From NCBI GenBank assembly GCA_013388435.1, contig JACAFE010000034.1, forward strand, positions 476-64,475: a DNA stretch of 64,000 nt, written 5' to 3'. The translations under genes and the position numbers were made by a program. The DNA comes from Nitrospirota bacterium (GTDB lineage: Bacteria > Nitrospirota > Thermodesulfovibrionia > Thermodesulfovibrionales > SM23-35). Of this stretch, positions 48,017 through 57,343 are shown in pieces. The notes under the pieces are model-generated. The model did not search any database, was not told where the DNA came from, and worked only from the letters and a program-made list of their open reading frames with translations. Within the stretch, counting starts at the first letter, position 1, and the number at the start of each line of letters is the position of its first letter.

Positions 48017-49061
48017 TGTTAATATCCATCCTTGTTCTTAAAAGAGAACCCGTAAAGTTCCACGTAAGAGATTTGTTAAGATTATAACGCAAATATCCTT
48101 TAAGTCTGCTCATTTGCTCATAGATTTCTATTATAACCTTTAAGCTCATAGTTCTGCTCAATTTTTCTATATATTCCTTCAAATCAATATTAATCATATA
48201 ATTTCCGTCTTCTTTAACCTTTAAAAGAGCCATATCTCTGAGTAATACTAACAGGAGTTCAAACCATCTTTCCATCTCTTCACGGGAACTCCATCCATCT
48301 TTTTCAGCGTTCATCATATCTTCCAATAAATCAATAAACCATTTACGTTCTTCAATAAGATTAACTGTTACCGCATAACCCGGTTTTCCCATGGAAAGCT
48401 TCGAAATTATCTCCAATATATCAATTTCATGCAATCTGCTATATGCATTTTTTGTTCTGGAAGTTTTTGAAAATATCTTCTTAGAATTATATTTATTCCC
48501 TATAACATTTTTAATCACTTTTAAACATTCATCAGATGATAATGGAGCAAAGTTGACTTTGCAGCATCTTGATCTTATAGTATCAGGCAGCAACTCAGAC
48601 ATAGATGACACAAGTATTATAAGGCTGTTTTCAGGTGGTTCCTCAAGTGTTTTTAAAAAGGCATTTGCTGCTGACTGGTTCATATTTTCCGCATTATCAA
48701 TTATTACAATTTTATATTGACCTTCGTAAGCTTTTAGAGATAATTTTTCTTCAATAGCCCTTATTTCCTCGATTTTAATCTGATTTCCTTCTGATTCAAT
48801 CATAAGAAAATCGGGATGTACACCTTTTTCTATTTTTTGACATGAAGGACATTCATCACAGGCATCATAAAAAAGGTTGTAATTATTTGTTCTTTTTTCA
48901 GAAATGCAATTCAAAGCTTTTGCAAAATTCAAGGCAGTAAACTTTTTGCCTATACCTGACTCTCCTGAAAAAAGATATGCTGATGGAATTTTGCCTTTTT
49001 CTATAGTTCTTAAGAGTATGTTTATAGCCTTATCATGTCCAATTACATCTTTTAATGCCAT
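48009..49061 (-). CDS. holB: DNA polymerase III delta' subunit
   Basis: 350 aa with AYLFSGESGIGK (P-loop-like), a zinc module CDECPSCQKIEKGVHPD, and SRC (TIRSRC). Confidence 0.85.
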   Translation of the reverse strand: MALKDVIGHDKAINILLRTIEKGKIPSAYLFSGESGIGKKFTALNFAKALNCISEKRTNNYNLFYDACDECPSCQKIEKGVHPDFLMIESEGNQIKIEEIRAIEEKLSLKAYEGQYKIVIIDNAENMNQSAANAFLKTLEEPPENSLIILVSSMSELLPDTIRSRCCKVNFAPLSSDECLKVIKNVIGNKYNSKKIFSKTSRTKNAYSRLHEIDILEIISKLSMGKPGYAVTVNLIEERKWFIDLLEDMMNAEKDGWSSREEMERWFELLLVLLRDMALLKVKEDGNYMINIDLKEYIEKLSRTMSLKVIIEIYEQMSRLKGYLRYNLNKSLTWNFTGSLLRTRMDINNA

Positions 49062-49079
49062 ATTTTCTCCTGTCCATAT

Positions 49080-49712
49080 TTATAGATCCAGATGAGAGAT
49101 AAAATTTGCGATTATAGAAATAACTTTTTTATAAACTATATTATATTCCATGGATGCGTCAACAATCTTTATTCTATCAGGTTCTTTTTCAGCAAGCGCA
49201 AGATACCCGGCTCGAACCTTTTTATGAAACTCTATATCCTCAAGTTCGAGTCTGTCGATTTTATTTATACCTTTATTTCTCATGAGCCCTGTTTCTACAT
49301 CAAGGTCAAGGAGAAACGTAAGGTCAGGCCTTAAGTTATTTGTAGCTATTAAATCAATTTTATCAAGCAAATTAAGGCTTATACCTCTTCCATATCCCTG
49401 ATAAGCATAGGTTGAATCAGTGAATCTGTCCGTAATAACAAAAGCACCACGATTTAATGCTGGCATGATTAGTTCATGAATATGCTGAACTCTCGCTGCA
49501 TTGTATAGCAGAAGTTCTGTCATATAAGTCATATTTTTATTATCTATGGAAAGAAGAATTTCACGTATTTTCTGGCTTATAGGAGTTCCGCCAGGCTCTG
49601 CTGTAAGCACAGTTTCATATCCTTTTTCAGACAAATATTTAGAGAGTAAAGAAGCCTGGGTTGATTTACCCGAGCCTTCGATTCCCTCAAAAGATATAAA
49701 GATTCCTTTCAA
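49080..49712 (-). CDS. tmk: Thymidylate kinase
   Basis: 210 aa with FISFEGIEGSGKSTQ, the DRF motif (ITDRFTDSTYAYQG), and a lid region. Confidence 0.9.
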   Translation of the reverse strand: MKGIFISFEGIEGSGKSTQASLLSKYLSEKGYETVLTAEPGGTPISQKIREILLSIDNKNMTYMTELLLYNAARVQHIHELIMPALNRGAFVITDRFTDSTYAYQGYGRGISLNLLDKIDLIATNNLRPDLTFLLDLDVETGLMRNKGINKIDRLELEDIEFHKKVRAGYLALAEKEPDRIKIVDASMEYNIVYKKVISIIANFISHLDL

Positions 49713-49862
49713 TTATTATCCTTTCTTAATTATTTTTGAAAATTATTCATGAAAAGTGAATTAATTTAAACATGTTACATTAATCCGATTTTGAGCAAAT
49801 ATTTTCTTTATCAAAACATAGTTGCACAAATAAACTGTAAAATGTTATTTTATTTACTCTAT

Positions 49863-49937
49863 AGGCGCGTAGCTCAGTGGGAGAGCGCTTCCTTGACGCG
49901 GAAGAGGCCAAGGGTTCAATCCCCTTCGCGCCTACCA
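49863..49937 (+). tRNA. tRNA-Val (anticodon GAC)
   Basis: Folded by hand. Acceptor AGGCGCG/CGCGCCT; D arm GCTC-AGTGGGA-GAGC; anticodon arm CTTCC-TTGACGC-GGAAG (anticodon GAC); variable AGGCC; T arm AAGGG-TTCAATC-CCCTT; discriminator A and an encoded CCA. Confidence 0.9.
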
Positions 49938-50620
49938 TTAATTTCCTTAAGATTATTTAAGAATTTTTCAATTGTCTTTGAATCTTCAATACTCATATCT
50001 ATAAATTTTATTCCATAAGAATTAAAATTCTCATCAATTTTTTTCTCAATAACCCTGACTATTTCAGCATTGACAGAAAAATTTTTTAAGCCCGGTATAT
50101 TAAAATTGCATAGAATCGTATCTCCTTCAGAAAGTAAAAGATTTGTGTTTATTTGCATTCCAGAAGCGCTGATATTTTCTGAATATGCTTTGTAAGCTTT
50201 TTTCTTTGCAGTTCCTTCAATTATTATTTTAAGCGGTATTCTGATTGATTTTCTTTGAGCAATATTTAGAAGTTGATACATCTCCTGAAGCAGGACAGCA
50301 TTATTTACCGGATGCGCTATGAATGTATTTGCCTGACATTTTAAGCAACGCTGATAATGCGATTTGGTGTTATGGCATAAAATAATAATAGATACTTTAT
50401 TTAATTCTTTATCATTTCGTATGATGGAGCAGAGCGTTTCTCCATTCATACCTTTGGAATCGAGGTTTGCAACTATGAGATCTGCTTTTTCTGCTTTGTG
50501 TAATAATAATGCATGTTTGTTCGATATGGATGTAAATTTTATTATATCTTCCCTGTTAAGAAAACTTTGCTCTCTTTCGAGTTCTTTATTTATTTTCCTG
50601 TCAAGAATAACTTTTTTCAT
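49916..50620 (-). CDS. Pseudo-receiver (degenerate REC) + PilZ domain protein
   Basis: 234 aa with a REC-like N-terminal half lacking the canonical phospho-acceptor (DLIVANLDSKGMNG). The PilZ motifs are RKSIR (RxxxR) and NISASG ((D/N)xSxxG). The last 7 codons overlap the tRNA-Val 3' end on the other strand. Confidence 0.7.
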   Translation of the reverse strand: MKKVILDRKINKELEREQSFLNREDIIKFTSISNKHALLLHKAEKADLIVANLDSKGMNGETLCSIIRNDKELNKVSIIILCHNTKSHYQRCLKCQANTFIAHPVNNAVLLQEMYQLLNIAQRKSIRIPLKIIIEGTAKKKAYKAYSENISASGMQINTNLLLSEGDTILCNFNIPGLKNFSVNAEIVRVIEKKIDENFNSYGIKFIDMSIEDSKTIEKFLNNLKEINGRREGD

Positions 50621-50737
50621 ATGGCTTTCATATCAGTATATAAAATCATACATTAAGAGTAAAGCACCAGATTTTTAGTTGATATAAATAATAAATTAAT
50701 TATATTATAAAATAATTAATAATTTGAAAGGATTTCT

Positions 50738-51970
50738 ATGAGAAAGCATTCTTATGTTGATACTGAAGTAATAAATGAAAAATCTTTAATCGCGGTAGAA
50801 TTCACACTTAAATGGAAAAGTTTATACGCTTCACATGTTGACTGTTTTTATACAAGAAAACTCAATTTATGGAGAGATTTACTTCCTGAAAATATTTATG
50901 AAACATTAATCGGAAAACATTCTGAAAAATCTCTTAATTTTAAGTGCAAGGAATTTTTTTCATCCTGTGAATATGACAATGATTCTTTATTCGAAATAAA
51001 CCAGAAACAATTTGACAGGTTTTGCTTTTTCCCTCTTGAGATTTTCCCTCAGTCCGGAAGATTTTATCCTAAAGGTGTTCTTAAAGGTTTGCCGGATATA
51101 TTCAAAGGAAATCAGGAACCTTTTAGATGTGCTGTTTCCAATGAAACCAATATAATAGTTGACTTCAATCATCCGCTTTCAGGTAAAGAGCCTGCTCTTA
51201 CAATATTCATTCATGAAATCAGAAAAAAATCAGGGGAAACAGGAGGAGAATGTACAGATTGGATTGATACAGTGATTAAAGGACCCGGAATGCAGGCACG
51301 CTGGAATAACATTCCAACAGATTTTTTTAAAGATAATCCTTTTTCAAGGGCTGATGAAAATAATGATATATTGTTTTACGAAAATCCACGTTTTGTCTCT
51401 CATGTCGATAAAATGGCGCGAACAATAATTTCCGGGATATATGGAAATATTCTCAAAGATGGAATGAAGGTTCTTGACCTTATGAGTAGCTGGCAGTCCC
51501 ATATGCCGGGGCATGTTAATCTCGATTCTCTTACGGGAATAGGATTAAATAAAGAGGAGATGGAATTGAATTTCCAGCTTAATGAACATATTGTCCATAA
51601 TTTAAACCTAAACCCTGTTCTGCCTTTTAACAACAATGAATTTGATGCTGTCGTCTGCTCATTATCAATTGAATATTTAATAAAACCATTTGAAGTTTTT
51701 GAAGAAGTAGCAAGGGTTCTTAAGCCTGATGGATATTTTGTAATAACTTTCTCTAACCGCTGGTTTCCTCCAAAAGTTATAAGAATCTGGACAGAAATTT
51801 ATGAATTTGAACGTATGGGACTTGTCCTTGAATATTTCATAAACTGCAACAAATTTAAAGATCTTCATACATATTCAATGAGAGGGTTGCCAAGACCATT
51901 TGATGATAAATATTTCCCTGAATTCCCGTTTTCAGATCCCGTATATTCTGTATGGGGTAAAAAACTCTAA
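50738..51970 (+). CDS. SlyD-like FKBP-fold domain fused to class-I SAM-dependent methyltransferase
   Basis: 410 aa. The N-terminal roughly 165 aa end with IIVDFNHPLSGKEPALTIFIHEIR (compare the SlyD/archaeal FKBP VDFNHPLAGK). The C-terminal half has VLDLMSSWQSHMP and FDAVVCSLSIEYL...LKPDGYFVITF (methyltransf_11-like). Confidence 0.6.
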   Translation: MRKHSYVDTEVINEKSLIAVEFTLKWKSLYASHVDCFYTRKLNLWRDLLPENIYETLIGKHSEKSLNFKCKEFFSSCEYDNDSLFEINQKQFDRFCFFPLEIFPQSGRFYPKGVLKGLPDIFKGNQEPFRCAVSNETNIIVDFNHPLSGKEPALTIFIHEIRKKSGETGGECTDWIDTVIKGPGMQARWNNIPTDFFKDNPFSRADENNDILFYENPRFVSHVDKMARTIISGIYGNILKDGMKVLDLMSSWQSHMPGHVNLDSLTGIGLNKEEMELNFQLNEHIVHNLNLNPVLPFNNNEFDAVVCSLSIEYLIKPFEVFEEVARVLKPDGYFVITFSNRWFPPKVIRIWTEIYEFERMGLVLEYFINCNKFKDLHTYSMRGLPRPFDDKYFPEFPFSDPVYSVWGKKL

Positions 51971-51989
51971 TATGGATAGGGTTTTACTG

Positions 51990-52715
51990 CTATTCAATCT
52001 TTACAAGCTTTTCTTTTGAAATCATCTGAATAAGGCTTGCGGAGGCAGCTTCAAGGCTTATATTATCAAGAGACTCCATGGTCACCATAACAGAATATTC
52101 AGCATTATCAAGCACAGGATAAGAACCTATTTTAACGGTTTTAAACCTTTTTACAATATCATTAAGCAATGGAGCAACTTCGGATTCTGATTCATTAAGA
52201 AAAATTTTTTTTAAAAATACCACCGGTTCATTGAAAAGTTTTTCAATCGCAAAAAATTTTTTTCTTAGAAGCTGAGGGATTCCCGGCAGAATATAGACAT
52301 TTAAAAACTTAATCAAAGGAAAAGAAAGGCTGTTGTCATTTATCAATTCAGCTCCTTCAGGGACTTCCGCCATTTTTAATTGTTCCGGAGACAATTTCCC
52401 AAGTTTTATTTCAAGAAAAGCTTTTAAAGTAGGGTCTATTACTGTCCTTACATTGAAAGCTTTTGAAATGCCCTCTATTGTTACATCATCATGAGTAGGA
52501 CCAATACCACCTGAAGTAAAAACAAAATCGTAATTTTTTGAGAATTTTCTTACCTCGTTTGCAATTTCATCTATATTATCCGGAATTATAGAAATACGGC
52601 TTAGTTGAATACCGTGAGCCCATAATTCCTGAGCCATGAAAAAAGAATTATAGTCCTGAACTTTCCCTGTAAGTATCTCATCTCCGATTATTATTATGCC
52701 TGCTGTTTTACCCAT
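51990..52715 (-). CDS. CinA-N / MoCF-biosynthesis-domain protein (molybdopterin-binding fold)
   Basis: 241 aa with AGIIIIGDEILTGKVQDYNS and FTSGGIGPTHDDVT motifs. Confidence 0.7.
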   Translation of the reverse strand: MGKTAGIIIIGDEILTGKVQDYNSFFMAQELWAHGIQLSRISIIPDNIDEIANEVRKFSKNYDFVFTSGGIGPTHDDVTIEGISKAFNVRTVIDPTLKAFLEIKLGKLSPEQLKMAEVPEGAELINDNSLSFPLIKFLNVYILPGIPQLLRKKFFAIEKLFNEPVVFLKKIFLNESESEVAPLLNDIVKRFKTVKIGSYPVLDNAEYSVMVTMESLDNISLEAASASLIQMISKEKLVKIE

Positions 52716-52789
52716 CTTATATGTAATTATCCATTATTTTAAAAAGGAGTTCAACCCTAATAAAGCGTTTTATGGTTAATGTTATAACG

Positions 52790-55768
52790 TTAAAGTGTTG
52801 TGGTAAGTTCTAATAATTGATAGCCTGACAAAAATTTTTTTCTTTTTGCTTTAATCTTTACAGTATCACCGTCTTTTTTATCAAACATAAATATTTTTAT
52901 ATCATTTATATCTTCTATATTCCAGTCATCAAGTGCAAGAATTACATCCCCTTTTTTAAGCCCGGAATTTTTAACTCTGCTTCCAGGAATTATATCTTCT
53001 ATTCTAACGCCTGTTTCTGTCTCTTTTAAAATCAATCCGAGTTTTAGTGTTGAAGGCGCGGGAAGTTGTTCGGGAAAAAGAATATAATCGGCAATCTTTT
53101 TATCCGTGTTTTCAGAAACTGGTATCAGAGTTACATAATCTTTTCCGTTTATTCTTTTCAATCTGTTTGGTATTCCCGAGCCATACATAATATGACCGAC
53201 TCCCGCAAGTATTACCATCTGGTAATCTGGATTCTTTGCCATAAATTCTGCCGCTGTATGAGCCATTGTTTCATCCCATAAAATTTGTGATTGCATAAAA
53301 TACTCAAAATTCCTGCTCTCATGATTTCTGTGTGATGAAAAAACCTCTTTTAGTATGGATTTATAATTTTCATCTGACATATCCATATTTTCCGGTATTT
53401 CTCTTTTTTCAATAAAATCGAGTCCGTCAATTCCTTCACGTGAAACTTTCTTGATTATTTCTGTCCACTGATTAAGAGCTATTACAGGAATTTTTTTTGC
53501 TCTGGCATATTCTATGATTTCCCTGTAAAGATTATAATCAAACTGCCATCTTTTATAATATTCAGTAGATTTTAGAAATTGTTTTTCGTTTATAGTTCCT
53601 GAAAGATAGTCATTCAATGCTTTCTGGAATGGTCTCTGGAACATCTCCATGCCTATAGCTATTTTTCTACCTTTTTCATAAAGCCCCATAATCACTTTTA
53701 ATTGTATTTTATGGTCTTCGTAATTTTCATGCCTTTCGCCAACATATATTACATGTTTTAATTTTATTTGCTCAATAATTTCATCTATGTTTAGAGTCTT
53801 CTCAGGTTTTATGCCTTTTATTGAAATATCAAGCTGAAACCTCATTCCGCGAGACGTATCTGTAATGTCTTTCTGAATATTTCTGCCATCTTCAAATTTT
53901 ATAAAAGAATATTTACCGTAATGCATTATCTTCCTTGACACAGAATCCGCTTCTTGTTCTGTATCTGCGTATGCTATTGCAATAACTTTCTCAGAATTCA
54001 GTGGATTTTTCTTTACTTCGAGAGAAAAGCCTCTGTCATATTTTTTTATACTGCCAAATAATCTTTTTATGACTCTTCCTTCATCTGCAAATACCAGTAC
54101 CGATGATGTTCTTAAATCTTCGTCATTCACATCTATTTCATCTTTTACAGAAAAATTTTGTTCTTTAAATATTTCTGCAAGTTTTTTATATTTTTCCTTT
54201 CCCTCATCGGGCAGAATAATTAATTTTTTACTATCTCCGATAAGCCTTGAAATTAATGGCGGGAATTCATCCTCAGAAAATTTTCTGAATATATCATAGT
54301 CAGGATCAATGACAAGCTCGGATGGATTTCCTTCAACTTCTATATTGATATTTTCCCTCGCTTTTTCGATGTGCAAGTTTTTTCTGAAACGGCCGTCTTT
54401 AGTTATAATTTCAACAGGCATATCAATCATATAAGGTTCATCTTTTTGCAGAATGTTAAAAATAACAGTCTGCTTTCCCTTGAGTATTTTCACCGATAAA
54501 TCACTTATTTCAAACAAAGGCAAACCTTTTCTATCAAGCCACTGAGAAAAAAAACTATCAAGATTTCTTCCGGAAGATTTTTCAAATAAAGATTTAATGT
54601 CATCCCATGAAACATTCTGAAAAGATTTTTCATTAAAAATAACCTTTAATGTATTAATAAAAATATCTTCACCAACCAGATTTTTAAGCATGTGAAATAC
54701 CATTGATGCCTTTCCATAGCCTATTGCTTTTGTCGCAAAATCAGTTCTTGATTTAAATTCTCTCAGGGTAATTTCTTTTTTCGGGTCCACATAACTAAGA
54801 TAACTGGATATTATATTCTTTCTGTATCGCCACCCTTCCCCTTTTTGCTCTTCATATAAATGATCTGAAAGATAGGCGGTTAATCCTTCAGCCCAGTTCC
54901 CTTTTTTATAATCAATATATACATAATTTCCGAACCACTGATGCAATATTTCATGACCTAAAGCAGTTTCTGCGATAAAAGGTAGCCGGACGACATCCTG
55001 ACCGAGCAATGTAAATGCAGGCATTGAATATCCTGTAGATTGAAAATTTTCTACAACAGAAAAGCGCTTATATGGATATTTTCCTAACAAATTGTTATAC
55101 ATCTGAATGAATTTCTTTGAATAATCAAGGTAAATTTTTGCAAGACTTTCATCTTCAGGGAAAAAATAAGCATAAAGCTGGATGCCGTCTATATTTTCTT
55201 TAAACTCTTTATATTTTGCAGCAGCAAATGTTATTTCATTAAGCGGATGTGGAAAGTAAAAAGAATATTCTGTGTTATCGCCGGTATTTTTAACTTCTAT
55301 ATCTTCAGCTTCTGATATAGCGCTGAACCCCACGGGCACTGTAGCCTTTAAATTAAAATAAGCCATGCCATCAAAAACAGGATACCACATACGTGTAAGA
55401 GATATGCCTTTTTTGCTAATAATGTTATTGATGGCAACTCCTGAATTCTGCAAATCCGGGATTTCCTGATAATCAGGGAAATAAGAGTCATAAAGAATTT
55501 CAATGGTACTTTTTCCCTTCAGGGTTATTGCTTTGAGGTTCATATAATCAGGAAGCGTCTGCCCGTCAATTTTTAACGAAATTATTTTGAGGTTACCAAA
55601 AGAAACAAGCAGATCTTTTTCATCCTGCGATGTGATTATAGCCCTGCCATTGATAGTAGATTTATCGAGATCGAATGATACAGAGAGATTATATACAGGG
55701 ATTTTTTCTTCAGCAAAGCATATTGAAGAAGATAAAGCAAGAATCAGAGACAGAATAAAATATACCAC
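52790..55768 (-). CDS. Exported three-module protein: M1-family gluzincin peptidase + ChaN/Tiki-superfamily domain + C-terminal PDZ
   Basis: 992 aa with a signal peptide. The M1 motif is GHEILHQWFGNYV...WAEGLT. The ChaN-like segment is VIYVGERHENYEDHKIQLKVIMGLYEKGRKIAIGMEMF...KKIPVIALN. The PDZ-like region is GLKKGDVILALDD. Confidence 0.7.
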   Translation of the reverse strand: MVYFILSLILALSSSICFAEEKIPVYNLSVSFDLDKSTINGRAIITSQDEKDLLVSFGNLKIISLKIDGQTLPDYMNLKAITLKGKSTIEILYDSYFPDYQEIPDLQNSGVAINNIISKKGISLTRMWYPVFDGMAYFNLKATVPVGFSAISEAEDIEVKNTGDNTEYSFYFPHPLNEITFAAAKYKEFKENIDGIQLYAYFFPEDESLAKIYLDYSKKFIQMYNNLLGKYPYKRFSVVENFQSTGYSMPAFTLLGQDVVRLPFIAETALGHEILHQWFGNYVYIDYKKGNWAEGLTAYLSDHLYEEQKGEGWRYRKNIISSYLSYVDPKKEITLREFKSRTDFATKAIGYGKASMVFHMLKNLVGEDIFINTLKVIFNEKSFQNVSWDDIKSLFEKSSGRNLDSFFSQWLDRKGLPLFEISDLSVKILKGKQTVIFNILQKDEPYMIDMPVEIITKDGRFRKNLHIEKARENINIEVEGNPSELVIDPDYDIFRKFSEDEFPPLISRLIGDSKKLIILPDEGKEKYKKLAEIFKEQNFSVKDEIDVNDEDLRTSSVLVFADEGRVIKRLFGSIKKYDRGFSLEVKKNPLNSEKVIAIAYADTEQEADSVSRKIMHYGKYSFIKFEDGRNIQKDITDTSRGMRFQLDISIKGIKPEKTLNIDEIIEQIKLKHVIYVGERHENYEDHKIQLKVIMGLYEKGRKIAIGMEMFQRPFQKALNDYLSGTINEKQFLKSTEYYKRWQFDYNLYREIIEYARAKKIPVIALNQWTEIIKKVSREGIDGLDFIEKREIPENMDMSDENYKSILKEVFSSHRNHESRNFEYFMQSQILWDETMAHTAAEFMAKNPDYQMVILAGVGHIMYGSGIPNRLKRINGKDYVTLIPVSENTDKKIADYILFPEQLPAPSTLKLGLILKETETGVRIEDIIPGSRVKNSGLKKGDVILALDDWNIEDINDIKIFMFDKKDGDTVKIKAKRKKFLSGYQLLELTTTL

Positions 55769-56704
55769 TCATTTCCCCGACTTTTCTGGTTCCAAATTCA
55801 TTAATATCTCAATTTTTGCCTTTGATTTGAGCTCTGCAATCCATTTCTCTTTTGCTTCCCTTGCTTTTTTATCTTCAAGTTCTTTTTTCAGTTTTACCTT
55901 GATTTCATCAAAAGCAACAGTGTGTTCAGGTTTCTTATCTTCGAGCTTTATAATATAAAACATTCCTTGAACTTTGAGTATATCACTTATTTCACCGATT
56001 TTCATTTTTGAAGCTGTATCTTCAAGTTCGGGGTGCATTCTTCCTTTGTGTATATATCCTGTATCACCGCCTTTTACGCGATATGCATCTTCAGACATTG
56101 TTGTCGCAAGCTGTTCTATATCTTCACCCTGTTTCAGTTTTTCGAGAATATCCTGAGCCTTTTTCTCTTCCTTAACAGAAATAAGTCTCAGCCTATAACT
56201 TTCAGGTTGTTTGAATTTCCCAATATTATCATTGTAATATTTCTTAAGTTCATCATCATTTATTTTTGAAGGCTCTGTAATTATTTTTGTAGATATAAGC
56301 TGTATAAGCATATCCTTTTCAAACTGCTTCTTAACCATATCTTCCGAGAGTTTTCTTTTTTCGAGGAATGCCGTGTATTCCTTTTCTGTTATAAATCTTT
56401 TCTTAAATTGTTCTGCCTGTGCGTCTATTTTCTGTTGATCTGCTTTTATTCCTTTTGTAAGAGCATCCTGATATTGCAGTTCACGGTTTACCATTTCTTC
56501 AATAGCTTTTTTATAATAGTTCTTCCGTTTCTCTTCAGTAACATTACGATGGAAAGACATACGAGGTATAATCCTATCAACTTCGACTTCAAGATCTGCA
56601 CGGGTAAGAACTGTCCCGTTAACCTTAGCAACTACATCTTCATCAGCATAAGCTGTTAATGAAAATGTTATCAATGTAAACAGAACAAAAATAACCTTTA
56701 GCAT
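55769..56704 (-). CDS. Periplasmic peptidyl-prolyl isomerase, SurA/PrsA (parvulin) type
   Basis: 311 aa with a signal peptide and a SurA_N-like chaperone region. The parvulin-like core runs from YRLRLISVKEEKKA through MSEDAYRVKGGDTGYIHKGRMHPEL to GMFYIIKLEDK. It abuts the next gene with no gap. Confidence 0.8.
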   Translation of the reverse strand: MLKVIFVLFTLITFSLTAYADEDVVAKVNGTVLTRADLEVEVDRIIPRMSFHRNVTEEKRKNYYKKAIEEMVNRELQYQDALTKGIKADQQKIDAQAEQFKKRFITEKEYTAFLEKRKLSEDMVKKQFEKDMLIQLISTKIITEPSKINDDELKKYYNDNIGKFKQPESYRLRLISVKEEKKAQDILEKLKQGEDIEQLATTMSEDAYRVKGGDTGYIHKGRMHPELEDTASKMKIGEISDILKVQGMFYIIKLEDKKPEHTVAFDEIKVKLKKELEDKKAREAKEKWIAELKSKAKIEILMNLEPEKSGK

Positions 56705-56777
56705 ATAAAACCCCTTTTTATTTTATAATGACGGATTACAACAATAAGATGCAACATAATATTTTAAACTAATATAT

Positions 56778-56886
56778 CTGAAGCGTAAGACTCAGAGATA
56801 AAATAGGCAACTATATTTATGATACAAGATAAAGCTATATTCCTTTATTGAGGTAGTTTATTTTGGTTCATAAATTGAGTTATTGC
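56778..56886. repeat. Second repeat family (hairpin + TAGTTTATTTTGKTTCATAAATTGAGTTATTGC module), copy 1
   Basis: CTGAAGCGTAAGACTCAGAGATAAAATAGGCAA...TAGTTTATTTTGGTTCATAAATTGAGTTATTGC (56854-56886). It is collinear with 61995-62114. Confidence 0.8.
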
Positions 56887-56950
56887 CAGATGTGCTATTT
56901 TCATAAAACAAAATTATTAATTTTTATCTTAATTTTCAGTATAACCGTGG

Positions 56951-57271
56951 CTAACGGACTATGCTTCCGGGTGCTACTTCTTTGTCGGGATGAAGCAAAA
57001 TAGGTTTGCCATCAACATCCACTGCAATAATCATTCCCTGACTTTCTATCCCGCGTATTTTTCTCGGTTCGAGGTTTGTAAGAACAGGAATTTCCTTTCC
57101 AACTATTTGTTCCGGGGAATAGACCTCTGCAATTCCGGCAACTATCTGCCTTTTTTCAGCGCCAAAATCAACTTCCAGTTTTAACAGCTTATCGGCACCA
57201 GCAATTTTTTCAGAAGAAATTACTCTGCCTATTCTTATATCAAGCTTTTTAAAATCTTCAAAAGTAATCAT
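56951..57271 (-). CDS. Stand-alone tRNA-binding (EMAP/Trbp111/CsaA-like OB-fold) protein
   Basis: Homology starts at MITFEDFKKLDIRIGRVISSEKIAGADKLLKLEVDFG...IVAGIA...LEPRKIRGIESQGMI, which resembles the C-terminal domain of long MetRS. The ORF could extend to a TTG at 57307. Confidence 0.8.
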   Translation of the reverse strand: MITFEDFKKLDIRIGRVISSEKIAGADKLLKLEVDFGAEKRQIVAGIAEVYSPEQIVGKEIPVLTNLEPRKIRGIESQGMIIAVDVDGKPILLHPDKEVAPGSIVR

Positions 57272-57343
57272 TTGATTATTATTACAACTCGAGCGATTTT
57301 TTTTCAAGGTTTACTTACTTATCCCTGTATGATAATATTTTAA

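Noticed and set aside
49791-50018. 75-aa ORF on the + strand
   Set aside because: It runs straight through the tRNA-Val gene (49863-49937). The tRNA cloverleaf explains the sequence far better.
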